Assembly (NCBI GenBank): GCA_964519305.1
Contig: CAZFHY010000009.1
Span: 64,001 to 128,000 of the forward strand
Length of the DNA stretch: 64,000 nt
Reading direction: 5' to 3'
DNA from: Candidatus Undinarchaeota archaeon
GTDB lineage: Archaea > SpSt-1190 > JASMDC01
In this document: positions 45,207-55,582 of the stretch, piece by piece
Position numbering within the stretch: position 1 is the stretch's first letter
How the letters are laid out: every line of letters starts with the position of its first letter
Translations under genes and position numbers: made by a program
The notes under the pieces: model-generated
Database searches by the model: none
What the model was told of the DNA's origin: nothing
Seen by the model: only the letters and a program-made list of their open reading frames with translations

Positions 45207-48149
45207 TCAGAGGTTCCCGCCACAGTGGGGGCACTGTGCCATCCTGGTGATGAACGTAGCCCCGCAGTACGGGCACGCGCTCCCGCCCTGAGGTGCTGCG
45301 ACCTGCGGTTCCGCTGGTTGAGGGGCGTAATAGGCCGATGAGCTGTTGTAGCTCTGGTCCCAGTAGCCACCGTAATCCGCCCCCGGGTAAGCCTGCTGCT
45401 GTGCTGCGTTCCAGGCGGCAGGTGCGGCTGGAGACTGCTGCTGGGTGGCGTCCCAACCCTCCGCGGCCACCGGGGCCTGCTGTTGGACGAGCTCCGGTTG
45501 GTTTCCGCGTCGCCTGCGGAAGAACGCTGCCAGCGCGCCTATCCCCGCCATAACGAGGATCCCTACCTCGATTATCTCTTTGTAGCGGATGATCGTGTCA
45601 ATGAAACCACGAGGCTCGGCGGTCACGGGCTCGCCCTCGGGGCCTACGCAGTAGAAGCGCTCGGTGTCGCAGCTGTCCTCTTCCGTGCAGTGGGCGTCGG
45701 ACGTGCAGCAGACATGGCCCCCCAGACAACACACCGTATTGCAGTTGCCCGTGGCGCACTCTGCGTGAGAGCCGCAGGACTTACCCACAACCTTCTTGAC
45801 CGAGCTCAGCGCCCTCTCTACCCGTATCCGCGCGTCGAATGCGAGTCGGTAGGCCTGCACCACGTTCTCTGACACGAGCTCCCCTTCGGCTTCGGCTATG
45901 ACGAGCTCGATATCAGCTGTGTCCAATCCCTTCTCCTCGGCAGTGACCAGGAGCGAGTTGGTGGTCGATATCTCGCTGGCCACGTCCTCCGGGGTCACCT
46001 GGCCCATGGGCTTCTCGGTGGGCAGGGGCGTCGCCTCGCTGTGCATACAGTACGACCGGCCAATGTCACACCTCTCCCCCTCACTACAGTGCTCGTCGCC
46101 CGAGCAGCACGTCTCACCCTCATTGCAGCAGACGTACCTGCAGTTGCCGGACATGCATTCCCCGCCCGAGCTGCACAGCTCGCCGGCATCGAGGAGCGTG
46201 TCGTCCGGAGCAGGGCCCCCACCGGTCGTTGGCGAGGCGATAGGACCGCTGGTGGGCATACCGGGAACGGCGGAAGGAGTGCTACCGGTACCCGCACCCG
46301 TCGATGCCTCGACCGCCACGTTGAAGACGTACTCACCCACGCCGTACAACTCGACCTCGATGTACCAGGTACCGGAGCCGGTCCCATCGGCAAGCGTGAG
46401 CGTGTCGCTCCCGATGGTACCCTGACTGGATGAGATCTCGAGCTGTTGCTCTCTTTGGGGGTTGAACAGCCTCAGGTATAGGGCATATTCGGCTTGGGAC
46501 GTGAAGCTGATCTCGACGACAGTGTTCGTGTCCAGGAAGAAGCTGTACATGTCCTTCTTATCAAGGTCCTCCAGATGTCCAGCAATCTCTTTCCCCGTCA
46601 CGATCCCGAACGCATGATCATAGTCCGCGGCGACGTCAATGCCGCTCCCCCCATCGTTCTGTTCGTCCAGGGACACATTGAACCGGTAATCACCGGCTTC
46701 CGAGGACCCTATCTCGACATACCAGTAATCCGACGCAGTCTCATTGGCAAGATAGAAGGTATCGCTCCCAATGGCACCGTTCTTCGAGTCGATACTGAAA
46801 GCCTTCTCCCTCCCGGGATCATAGAGAACCAGTCTCTGATTGTATTTCGCCTCTGATGTGAACGTCACAGTCATAATGGAACCGCTTTCCACATAGACCT
46901 TGTACACGTCCATCTTGTCTAGGTCCTCCAGATGTCCGGCGATCTCTATTCCCGTCCCGATCTCAAGGGCACTAGCATAGTCCTCCGCAACATCTATGTC
47001 GCTCCCACCATCGTCCTGTTCCTCCACGGACACGGTGAATCGGTAGTCGCCAGCGTTCGAGGATCCGATCTGGACGTACCAATAACCTGACGCGGTCTCA
47101 TTGGCAAGATAGATCGTATCGGTCCCGATGGCACCGTTCTTCGAGTCGATAGCAAGTGCCTTCTCCCTCCCGGTGTCATCGAGGATCAGGTTCTGGGTGT
47201 ATACCGCTTCTGATGTGAATGATACGGTCACTATGGAACCGCTTTCCACGTAGACCTTGTACATGTCCTTCTTATCGAGGCCTTCCAGATGTCCCGCGGT
47301 CTCTATTCCAGCCTCGACCTCGAGGGCACTCGCATAGTCCTCGGCAAGATCCATTCCGCTCCCGCCATCGTCCTGGCTCCGGGTGGAGACGGTGAAGCTG
47401 TAGTCCCCGGCGTTGGTGGACTCCACCTCCACGTACCAGTAACCGGACGCGGTCTCGTTTGCCAGATAGGTGGTCTCGGTCCCGAGAGCTCCGGTATTCT
47501 TGTAGATGCTGAGGGCCTTCTCCCTCTTGGGATTGTAGAGGTAGATGTTCTGGTTGTAGTCCGCTTCCGAAGTGAACTCCAGCGTGACGATGGAACCGCT
47601 CTCGATATGCACCTTGTACATATCGCTCTTGTCGGCGTCATGCAGATGCCCCGCGACCTCCTTCCCAATCCCAAACTCCAGTGCAGTGGCATAGTCGGAT
47701 GCAATATCGATGTCTGTCCCGCCATCGTCCTGATACTCCACAGTGACGGTGAAGCTATAGTCCCCGGCATTAGATGACGCGATCCCGACGTACCAATCGT
47801 CCGGTTCCGTCTCGTTCGCCAGATAGAAAGTGTCGCTCCCGATGGCACCGTTCTTCGAGGTTATGTAGAAGCTCTTCTCCCTAGACGGATCGTACAGGAC
47901 CAGCTCCTGGTTGTATTCGGCCTCGGAGGCGAACTCCACCGTGATGATCGCGCCGCTCTCAAAGCGGATCTTGTACATGTCCTGCTCGTTGGCATCATCA
48001 AGGGTGCCTGTGTGTGTTCCGGTAGCTATCTGAGCTGCGTTGTCGAAGTCCTCGGATGTGGCAGAGAGGGCCGTACACGAGAGGGTGAACAGGACGAGTC
48101 CAAGGAATACGAACGCATAACCGTTGGTCCTCGCCTTGTTAATGTCCAT
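45207..48149 (-). CDS. Large single-pass surface protein: five 119-aa repeats, two Cys-rich modules, TM, cytoplasmic Zn ribbon
   Basis: Signal peptide; exact 357-bp repeat period; CxSGNC...CC...CC; C-terminal CPYCG...CPHCG. Confidence 0.85.
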   Translation of the reverse strand: MDINKARTNGYAFVFLGLVLFTLSCTALSATSEDFDNAAQIATGTHTGTLDDANEQDMYKIRFESGAIITVEFASEAEYNQELVLYDPSREKSFYITSKNGAIGSDTFYLANETEPDDWYVGIASSNAGDYSFTVTVEYQDDGGTDIDIASDYATALEFGIGKEVAGHLHDADKSDMYKVHIESGSIVTLEFTSEADYNQNIYLYNPKREKALSIYKNTGALGTETTYLANETASGYWYVEVESTNAGDYSFTVSTRSQDDGGSGMDLAEDYASALEVEAGIETAGHLEGLDKKDMYKVYVESGSIVTVSFTSEAVYTQNLILDDTGREKALAIDSKNGAIGTDTIYLANETASGYWYVQIGSSNAGDYRFTVSVEEQDDGGSDIDVAEDYASALEIGTGIEIAGHLEDLDKMDVYKVYVESGSIMTVTFTSEAKYNQRLVLYDPGREKAFSIDSKNGAIGSDTFYLANETASDYWYVEIGSSEAGDYRFNVSLDEQNDGGSGIDVAADYDHAFGIVTGKEIAGHLEDLDKKDMYSFFLDTNTVVEISFTSQAEYALYLRLFNPQREQQLEISSSQGTIGSDTLTLADGTGSGTWYIEVELYGVGEYVFNVAVEASTGAGTGSTPSAVPGMPTSGPIASPTTGGGPAPDDTLLDAGELCSSGGECMSGNCRYVCCNEGETCCSGDEHCSEGERCDIGRSYCMHSEATPLPTEKPMGQVTPEDVASEISTTNSLLVTAEEKGLDTADIELVIAEAEGELVSENVVQAYRLAFDARIRVERALSSVKKVVGKSCGSHAECATGNCNTVCCLGGHVCCTSDAHCTEEDSCDTERFYCVGPEGEPVTAEPRGFIDTIIRYKEIIEVGILVMAGIGALAAFFRRRRGNQPELVQQQAPVAAEGWDATQQQSPAAPAAWNAAQQQAYPGADYGGYWDQSYNSSSAYYAPQPAEPQVAAPQGGSACPYCGATFITRMAQCPHCGGNL
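46310..48060 (-). repeat. Five tandem 357-bp intragenic repeats (PPC-like beta-sandwich)
   Basis: Equivalent G(D/E)Y motif Tyr codons at 47758, 47401, 47044, 46687, 46330. Confidence 0.85.
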
Positions 48150-48210
48150 CTCCCCCGGTATTGAAGGTCGCTGATACATAATAAAAAGACTTCCGATTCC
48201 GGTGCCCGCT

Positions 48211-49410
48211 TCACTGCGTAGCGAGCTGATTGCCGCAGGAGGGGCAAACCGCCGCTCCCTGCTCGACAGCCCCACCGCAGTAGGGGCAGGCCAGGGCTGC
48301 AACGGGTGCAGCGGGAGCGGCAGCTTCGGCCGGTGCTACTGCTGCGGGCGGTGCTGCTGCGTACGGTGACGGTTGGGCAGCTTCCGTCGGGGCGGCTGCC
48401 GTCTCGGGGTAAGCCTGGGGGTAAGGTGAGGCTTCCTGAGCGTAACCGTAGTTGTAGCTGGCGGCGTAGTAGCCACCGTAGTCGGACACGGTGGATGGAT
48501 GGGCCGCGCCCTCCTGCTCCTTGACGACACCGCTCCGGCGAGCGAGGAAGAGGAGGATAGCACCGATACCGGCGGCGATGTACACAAGCGTCTCGATGAT
48601 CTCGCGATAGTAGATCAGCGTGTTCATGAATCCCTTTGGCCTTTCACCGCTCTCCTCGGGTCCCACGCAGAAGAAACGCTCAGTGTCGCAGGTCTCGCCC
48701 TGCTTGCACATCGCGGTCGTGGTGCAGCAGACGTTGCCCGCCATGCAGCACACGTCGTTGCAGTTGTTGGTATCACACTCTGCGTCGGCAGCGCAGGCCT
48801 CGCCCACCTCCTTCTTGATCGAGGCGACCACTTTCTCCGCTTCGGTCTTTGCCTCCATGGCCAGCTTGAAGGCGTTGGCGGTGTTCCCGGCGGACAGTTC
48901 GGTCCGGGCCGTCTCGAGCTTGGTCTTGGCCGCGGATGCGTCCGCCTCCTTCCCCTCTGCCGTGGTTATGAGCCCGGCCGCCGCGTCTATCTCCTTCTGG
49001 ACATCCTCGCTGGTCACCTGATCCTCGGCCGCGTCCGCCACGCAGTAGAACCGCTCAGTATCGCACCTCTGGCCCTCATCGCACTCGGCGTTCGACTTGC
49101 AGCATGCTTTCCCCTTGATGCAGCAGACGCCGTTCCGGCAGTTGCCGGTGGTGCAGTCATCGGCGTCATCGCAGCTCCCGCCCGCACTGGCATCCTCCCC
49201 GCCCAGTCCGCTGAGGTCGCCGATGTCTCCCAGGCCCCCTAGGTCGCCCACGTCACCGGCATCACCGGGAACGCCCGCGGGAGCGCCACCCGGGATCTTG
49301 AACGCTCCAGCTAGCACAGGTCCTGCAAAGGCGAGGCATATGAGGGCTACTGCGAGCAGGCGGGTCCGGGGGACAGCGGGCACCATTGGTAGGTGTGTGA
49401 CCGTGTTCAT
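48211..49410 (-). CDS. Single-pass Cys-rich surface protein with cytoplasmic Zn ribbon, short paralogue of 45207
   Basis: Same Cys module-helix-Cys module-TM-Y/A/P-rich-CPYCG..CPSCG layout. Confidence 0.85.
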   Translation of the reverse strand: MNTVTHLPMVPAVPRTRLLAVALICLAFAGPVLAGAFKIPGGAPAGVPGDAGDVGDLGGLGDIGDLSGLGGEDASAGGSCDDADDCTTGNCRNGVCCIKGKACCKSNAECDEGQRCDTERFYCVADAAEDQVTSEDVQKEIDAAAGLITTAEGKEADASAAKTKLETARTELSAGNTANAFKLAMEAKTEAEKVVASIKKEVGEACAADAECDTNNCNDVCCMAGNVCCTTTAMCKQGETCDTERFFCVGPEESGERPKGFMNTLIYYREIIETLVYIAAGIGAILLFLARRSGVVKEQEGAAHPSTVSDYGGYYAASYNYGYAQEASPYPQAYPETAAAPTEAAQPSPYAAAPPAAVAPAEAAAPAAPVAALACPYCGGAVEQGAAVCPSCGNQLATQ

Positions 49411-49514
49411 TTTTCAAGCTAACCCACCCCCCGCCGCCCGGCTTCCCAGGTAACTTTAAAAGAGATAAAATCCCCGCCTCGACAAATCGAGTGGTAGAGA
49501 AAGGGATGATACAC

Positions 49515-52217
49515 ATGGATCCACTAACTATCTTCTGGTTCGCACCCGCGTGCGCCATCATCTCCCTCTTGTTCGCCTACCTATTCTACAGGGAGGTCAT
49601 GAGCTATGACGAGGGGAACGAGACCATGCGCGAGATCGCCGATCACGTGCGGGAGGGCGCGTATGCCTACCTCAACCAGCAGTACCGGGTGGTGGCGTAC
49701 TTCTTCGCCGCAGCGTTCGTGTTCCTGCTATACCTGGCCTTCGTGCTCCAAGTGCAGTCCAAGTGGGTACCGTTCGCCTTCCTGACGGGAGGCTTCTTCT
49801 CGGCGCTGGCCGGCTTCATCGGTATGAAGACTGCCACCAACGCCTCGGCCAGGACCACCGAGGGAACGCGCCACTCGCTCAACCGCGGCCTCACCGTGGC
49901 CTTCCGTGCGGGCTCTGTCATGGGTCTCTGCGTGGTCGGGCTAGCCCTCCTTTACATCGCCACCTGGTTCTACATCCTCTATCTCACCGACATCCCAGTG
50001 ATGGTGTTCGGTGAGAAGCTCGACCTCTTCGAGGTCACCACCACCCTGCTCGCCACCGGTATGGGGGCGTCTGCCTACGCCCTCTTCGCGCGCGTGGGCG
50101 GGGGGATCTACACGAAAGCGGCAGACGTCGGCGCCGATCTCGTAGGCAAGGTGGAGGTGGGCATCCCCGAGGATGATCCGCGAAATCCCGCCACCATCGC
50201 CGACAACGTGGGCGACAACGTCGGCGACGTCGCTGGCATGGGCGCCGATCTCTACGAGTCCTACGCCGCGAGCATCCTCGCCACCGCTACCCTGGGCGTG
50301 GCCGCGGGGCTGGGCATCCATGGCGTCATCCTCCCTATGGCGATCGCCGCCGTGGGCATCCTGTTCTCCATCATCGGGATCTACTTGGTCAGCACCAAGG
50401 AGGACGCCACCCAGGAGGAGCTCCTCCACTCGCTTGCCAGGGGCATCAACAGCAGCTCAGTACTCATCATCATCGGCGCCACGGTCCTGGTCAAGCTGAT
50501 CCTTGTGGATGCGACCGTACCTGGCGGTGCGCTTGCCGATGTGAAGTTCGGCGATATCGGCGCATGGGGCATATTGGGCTCGATTATTTCCGGATTGCTG
50601 ACAGGCATCCTCATAGGTAAGTCAAGCGAGTACTTCACCTACTCGGCCTATCCGCCCACCCAGCGTATCGCAGAGCAAGCTGAGACCGGTCCCGCGACCG
50701 TGATCATAACGGGCATATCCGTCGGTATGGAGTCTACCACCATCCCTGTCCTGGCCGTGGGGCTCGGCACATTGCTCGCCTTCGGGCTTCCCGGAGGCTT
50801 CGGTAATCCTGCCCTGGGGCTCTATGGTGTGAGCATCGCCGCCGTGGGTATGCTCTCCACCCTGGGCATCACTCTTGCCACCGACGCCTACGGCCCTATT
50901 GCTGACAACGCTGGCGGCAACGCTGAGATGAGCGGGCTGGGGAAGGAGATCAGGGACCGCACCGATGCTCTGGACTCCCTGGGGAACACCACCGCCGCCA
51001 CGGGCAAGGGCTTCGCCATCGGGTCCGCCGCGCTGACGGGGCTGGCGCTCCTGGCCGCGTACATCGAGGCGGTGCGCGCCGGGCTCTTACAGAACGGCCT
51101 AGTGACCTTCCCAGGCACCGCTATTGCCATAAAGACCGCAACGCTTGCCGACTTCATGACCGCGTACGACGTAACCCTCATGAATCCCGCGGTGCTCATC
51201 GGGCTGGTCTCGGGTGCCATGGTCTCCCTTTTGTTCTGTGCAATGACTATCCGGGCCGTGGGGCGGGCTGCTGGCCAAATGGTGGAAGAGGTCCGCCGCC
51301 AGTTCCACGAGATCGAGGGTATAATGGAGGGCGAGACCACGCCCGACTACGCCGCCTGCGTGCGCATCTCCACCGAGGCCGCCCAGCAGGAGGTATTAGA
51401 GCCTTCTCTCCTGGCCCTCATAACCCCAATCGTCATCGGATACGTGCTTGGGGTGCCCGGAGTGATGGGTCTCCTCACCGGCACCCTGACCACGGGATTC
51501 GCATTTGCCGTCTTCATGGCGAACGCGGGAGGCGCCTGGGACAATGCCAAGAAATACATCGAGTCCCATGAAAACAGTTACATTGCCCTCTTCAACTGGG
51601 ACCTGGTACCAGGGAAGGACGAGGACAAGCTTCGCGACTATCTTGTGGGGACCTTGAAGCTCGATTGGGCGGACGATGCGACTATTGAAAAGAAGGATGA
51701 CAATCTGATTGCGATCACCTCAGGGGAAGAATCCCTCGAAATATCGATAGGTACTGTCTCCAGTATTGAAGGCATCGAATTGGGCGAGGGGGGTCAACTA
51801 GAGTTCGTACCGAGACACGAAAAGAAAGGCCTCATGATATACGTTCTTGATCCGGAAGGAGAGCCCCTTTTCGATGAGAATGGAAACCCGATCAGAGGGA
51901 AGCATTCCGACCTGCACAAGGCCGCGGTCGTGGGCGATACCGTGGGTGATCCCCTCAAGGACACCTCTGGCCCTTCGCTCAACATCCTCATCAAGCTCAT
52001 GAGCATGGTGAGTGTGGTCGTTGCTGGTTTCATCGTGAAGAACAATATCTATCAGGATCTGTCAACGACAGGGATCGACCTGGGATTCCTTATCCTCTCG
52101 TTCGTAGTAGCCTTCGTGCTGATAATCTGGGATATGCCTCGATATTTCTTTGGTTTCAGAGGGATGCTAGGTACCTTCTGGACTGTCGAGAAGAGAATAA
52201 CGATCAAGAAGTGTTGA
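49515..52217 (+). CDS. hppA: Membrane-integral pyrophosphatase, K+-dependent, with loop insertion and C-terminal extension
   Basis: DVGADLVGKVE, DNVGDNVGD, GNTTAA, GGAWDNAKK, GDTVGDPLKDTSGP. Confidence 0.93.
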   Translation: MDPLTIFWFAPACAIISLLFAYLFYREVMSYDEGNETMREIADHVREGAYAYLNQQYRVVAYFFAAAFVFLLYLAFVLQVQSKWVPFAFLTGGFFSALAGFIGMKTATNASARTTEGTRHSLNRGLTVAFRAGSVMGLCVVGLALLYIATWFYILYLTDIPVMVFGEKLDLFEVTTTLLATGMGASAYALFARVGGGIYTKAADVGADLVGKVEVGIPEDDPRNPATIADNVGDNVGDVAGMGADLYESYAASILATATLGVAAGLGIHGVILPMAIAAVGILFSIIGIYLVSTKEDATQEELLHSLARGINSSSVLIIIGATVLVKLILVDATVPGGALADVKFGDIGAWGILGSIISGLLTGILIGKSSEYFTYSAYPPTQRIAEQAETGPATVIITGISVGMESTTIPVLAVGLGTLLAFGLPGGFGNPALGLYGVSIAAVGMLSTLGITLATDAYGPIADNAGGNAEMSGLGKEIRDRTDALDSLGNTTAATGKGFAIGSAALTGLALLAAYIEAVRAGLLQNGLVTFPGTAIAIKTATLADFMTAYDVTLMNPAVLIGLVSGAMVSLLFCAMTIRAVGRAAGQMVEEVRRQFHEIEGIMEGETTPDYAACVRISTEAAQQEVLEPSLLALITPIVIGYVLGVPGVMGLLTGTLTTGFAFAVFMANAGGAWDNAKKYIESHENSYIALFNWDLVPGKDEDKLRDYLVGTLKLDWADDATIEKKDDNLIAITSGEESLEISIGTVSSIEGIELGEGGQLEFVPRHEKKGLMIYVLDPEGEPLFDENGNPIRGKHSDLHKAAVVGDTVGDPLKDTSGPSLNILIKLMSMVSVVVAGFIVKNNIYQDLSTTGIDLGFLILSFVVAFVLIIWDMPRYFFGFRGMLGTFWTVEKRITIKKC

Positions 52218-52372
52218 ACCGGGCCGACTTCACTAGTGTCAGACCGGGCGTAGCACGGGACCGCAGATGCCAGTGGAAGCCATCCCGCGGATGCAATCCA
52301 ACCCCACAGTAGATATAAAAGAGAGGGTTCTCTCGCAGAGACACATAGAAGGAAAGCTCAGAGCTGATATCC

Positions 52373-54670
52373 ATGGACCCGCTAACGATGTACTGGTTCG
52401 CGCCCGCGGGCGCCATCATCGCCCTCGTGTTCGCCTATATCTTCTACAAGGAGGTCATGGACTACGACGAGGGGAACGAGAAAATGCGCGAGATCGCCAC
52501 CCACGTGCGCGAGGGAGCGTACGCCTACCTGCACCAGCAGTACCGTGTAGTGGCGTACTTCTTCGCAGGCGCGTTCGTGTTCCTGCTGTTCCTGGCCTTC
52601 GGGCTCCACGTCCAGTCCAAGTGGGTGCCCTTCGCCTTCCTCACGGGAGGGTTCTTCTCTGCGCTGGCCGGCTTCATCGGCATGAAGACCGCCACCGACG
52701 CCTCGGCACGCACCACCGAGGGTGCCCGACACTCGCTCAACCGGGGGCTCACCGTGGCCTTCCGTGCAGGTTCCGTCATGGGGCTCACCGTGGTGGGGCT
52801 GGCCCTCATGGACATCGCCATCTGGTTCTACGTCCTCTACCTTACCGACATCCCCATGATGTTGTTCGGAGAGAAGCTCGACCTCTTCGAGGTCACCACG
52901 ACCATGCTCGCCTTCGGGATGGGGGCGTCGTCCTATGCGCTCTTCGCCCGCGTGGGCGGCGGTATCTACACCAAGGCGGCAGACGTTGGCGCCGACCTGG
53001 TGGGCAAGGTCGAGGCGGGGATACCCGAGGACGACCCGAGAAACCCGGCGACCATCGCCGACAACGTCGGCGACAACGTGGGGGACGTGGCTGGGATGGG
53101 GGCCGACCTCTACGAGTCCTACTGCGGGAGCATCCTGGCCACCGCCACCCTGGGGGTAGCCGCGGGGCTGGGCCTCCACGGCGTTATCCTCCCCATGGCC
53201 ATCGCGTCGGCAGGGGTCATCTTCTCCATCATCGGTATCTACTTAGTATCAACGAAGGAGGACGCGACACAGAAGGAGCTCCTCAGTGCCCTGGCCAAGG
53301 GCATCAACGGCTCTTCAGTGCTCATCGTCATCGGCGCCGCCATCCTCGTGAAGCTGATCCTGGTGGACCCTGTGGCCGCCGGTGAGCTTGTCGGCGTCAC
53401 ATTCGGTCCCCTGGGGGCCTGGGGCATCCTTGGCTCCATCCTCGCCGGTCTCTTCGCTGGCATCATCATCGGCTGGTCCACCGAGCACTACACGAATCCG
53501 GCGTACCAGCCCACCCAGGACATCGCCGAGCAGGCCGAGACCGGCCCTGCCACGGTGCTCATAGCGGGGATTGCCACCGGCATGATGTCCACCGCGATCC
53601 CTGTACTGACCGTGTGTGCGGGGACGCTCGTGGCCTACGGGTGCGCCGGCGGGTTCACCGACCCCTCCCTTGGGCTCTATGGCGTGGGCATCGCCGCCGT
53701 GGGGATGCTCTCCACCCTGGGGATCACACTCGCCACCGACGCCTATGGCCCCATCGCCGACAATGCCGGGGGCAACGCCGAGATGAGCGGACTCGGGGAG
53801 AAGGTCAGGGAACGAACCGACGCCCTCGACTCGCTTGGCAACACAACCGCCGCCACGGGCAAGGGCTTTGCCATCGGATCGGCGGCGCTCACGGCGCTGG
53901 CGCTCCTGGCAGCGTACATCGAGGAAGTGCGCGCAGGGCTCCTGCGCATCGCGCTGGCCTCGGGTGCCACCGCTGAGACGGCCATCCTCCCCGGCAGCAC
54001 CGACGTGCTCCTCATGAAGGCCACACTGGCCGACTTCATGGCCGTGTACAACGTCACCCTCATGAATCCCGCCGTGCTCATCGGCCTGTTCTTGGGTGCC
54101 ATGCTCGCCTTCGTGTTCTGCGCCATGACCATGATGGCCGTGGGCCGGGCCGCCTCGCTCATGGTGGACGAGGTGCGCCGCCAGTTCAAGGAGATTCCGG
54201 GCATCATGGAGGGCGAGGCCACGCCCGACTACGCCGCGTGCGTGCGCATCTCAACGGAAGCCGCCCAGCAAGAGATGATCATGCCCTCGCTCATGGCCCT
54301 CATCGCCCCCATCGCCGTGGGGCTCGTCCTGGGCATCCCCGGGGTCATGGGCCTGCTCGCAGGCGGCCTGGCGTGCGGCTTCACCCTGGCGGTGTTCATG
54401 GCCAACGCCGGCGGTGCATGGGACAACGCCAAGAAGCACATCGAGGCCGAGGAGAATACCTACCACCCCGATGACGAGCACAAGAAGCGGCCGCTCACGG
54501 GCAAGGGTTCGGACCCGCACATGGCCGCGGTCGTTGCCGACACCGTGGGCGATCCCTTCAAAGACACCTCCGGCCCCTCGCTCAACATCCTCATCAAGCT
54601 GATGTCGATGGTGAGCGTCGTGGTCGCTGGCCTCGTGGTGAAGTACAACCTGATCAGCTACCTGCAGTAG
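52373..54670 (+). CDS. hppA: Membrane-integral pyrophosphatase, K+-dependent, Na+,H+-PPase-like signature
   Basis: Same catalytic motifs; FLTGGFFS, MDI, FGMGAS. Confidence 0.95.
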   Translation: MDPLTMYWFAPAGAIIALVFAYIFYKEVMDYDEGNEKMREIATHVREGAYAYLHQQYRVVAYFFAGAFVFLLFLAFGLHVQSKWVPFAFLTGGFFSALAGFIGMKTATDASARTTEGARHSLNRGLTVAFRAGSVMGLTVVGLALMDIAIWFYVLYLTDIPMMLFGEKLDLFEVTTTMLAFGMGASSYALFARVGGGIYTKAADVGADLVGKVEAGIPEDDPRNPATIADNVGDNVGDVAGMGADLYESYCGSILATATLGVAAGLGLHGVILPMAIASAGVIFSIIGIYLVSTKEDATQKELLSALAKGINGSSVLIVIGAAILVKLILVDPVAAGELVGVTFGPLGAWGILGSILAGLFAGIIIGWSTEHYTNPAYQPTQDIAEQAETGPATVLIAGIATGMMSTAIPVLTVCAGTLVAYGCAGGFTDPSLGLYGVGIAAVGMLSTLGITLATDAYGPIADNAGGNAEMSGLGEKVRERTDALDSLGNTTAATGKGFAIGSAALTALALLAAYIEEVRAGLLRIALASGATAETAILPGSTDVLLMKATLADFMAVYNVTLMNPAVLIGLFLGAMLAFVFCAMTMMAVGRAASLMVDEVRRQFKEIPGIMEGEATPDYAACVRISTEAAQQEMIMPSLMALIAPIAVGLVLGIPGVMGLLAGGLACGFTLAVFMANAGGAWDNAKKHIEAEENTYHPDDEHKKRPLTGKGSDPHMAAVVADTVGDPFKDTSGPSLNILIKLMSMVSVVVAGLVVKYNLISYLQ

Positions 54671-54681
54671 CTGTGTGGGAA

Positions 54682-54709
54682 CCTGCCCGGTCCTCCGGGG
54701 CCGGGCGGG
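54682..54709 (+). terminator. GC-rich 12-bp hairpin after the second hppA, followed by a T-rich tract
   Basis: CCTGCCCGGTCC-TCCG-GGGCCGGGCGGG. Confidence 0.6.
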
Positions 54710-54750
54710 ACCACTATCTTTTTCAGTCTTTCGACGCCCCGTATGTCCTC

Positions 54751-55500
54751 ATGGACGAGATGGAGATGCTCTTCGAGGCGTTCACCGGGCTCCCCCGTGC
54801 GGGCCCCGGCGACGACGCGTCCACCCGTCGCGCCTTCAACATGATTAAGGGGCTGCCCGAGGAACCGGCGGTCCTGGACGTCGGCTGCGGTCCGGGTATG
54901 CAGACCATCGAGCTCGCCCGCATCTCTAATGGGACCATCACGGCCCTCGACATCCATCAACCCTTCCTTGACCAGCTCATTGCCAAGGCAAAGGACCTCG
55001 ATATGGCCGGCCGGGTGCGAACGATTAACCGCTCCATGACCGACATGGACTTCGCCCCAGGGACCTTCGACGTGGTTTGGTCGGAGGGTGCTTTGTACCT
55101 CATGGGCTTCATCAACGGCCTGAAGAGCTGTCGAACTCTCCTCAGACCGAAGGGCCACATAGCTGCCACCGAGATCGTGTGGCTGCGCAACGATCCTCCC
55201 GAGAAGCTCCAAGCGTTCTGGGACGCCGAGTACCCCGACATCAAGACTATCGAGGCGAACCTCGAGCGGATCGCAGGCCTTGGGTTCGACGTCGTGGGAC
55301 ACTTCGTCCTCCCGCAGTCGGCCTGGACCGAGAACCTCTACCCCCCGCTGATGGAGCGGGTGGCCATGCTCGAGAAGAAGTACGAGGGGAACACCGAGGC
55401 CCTGGAGCTGCTCGGGACACTGCGTGACGAGGTCGACATGTACGACCGTTACAAGGATTACTACGGGTACTGCTTCTTCGTGCTGCGCAGGATGGATTGA
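54751..55500 (+). CDS. Class I SAM-dependent methyltransferase
   Basis: LPRAGPG, VLDVGCGPG, FDVVWSEGA, YYGYCFF. Confidence 0.9.
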   Translation: MDEMEMLFEAFTGLPRAGPGDDASTRRAFNMIKGLPEEPAVLDVGCGPGMQTIELARISNGTITALDIHQPFLDQLIAKAKDLDMAGRVRTINRSMTDMDFAPGTFDVVWSEGALYLMGFINGLKSCRTLLRPKGHIAATEIVWLRNDPPEKLQAFWDAEYPDIKTIEANLERIAGLGFDVVGHFVLPQSAWTENLYPPLMERVAMLEKKYEGNTEALELLGTLRDEVDMYDRYKDYYGYCFFVLRRMD

Positions 55501-55582
55501 GACCAGTTCCTCCATCCACCGTAGAGCTGAAGTATAAAACCAGCGATATGCTAGTATGCGCTGTATCAGGAGCACGATCATC

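Noticed and set aside
51564-51896. PPase insertion as an intein
   Set aside because: No His-Asn end followed by Cys/Ser/Thr and no recognisable splicing blocks
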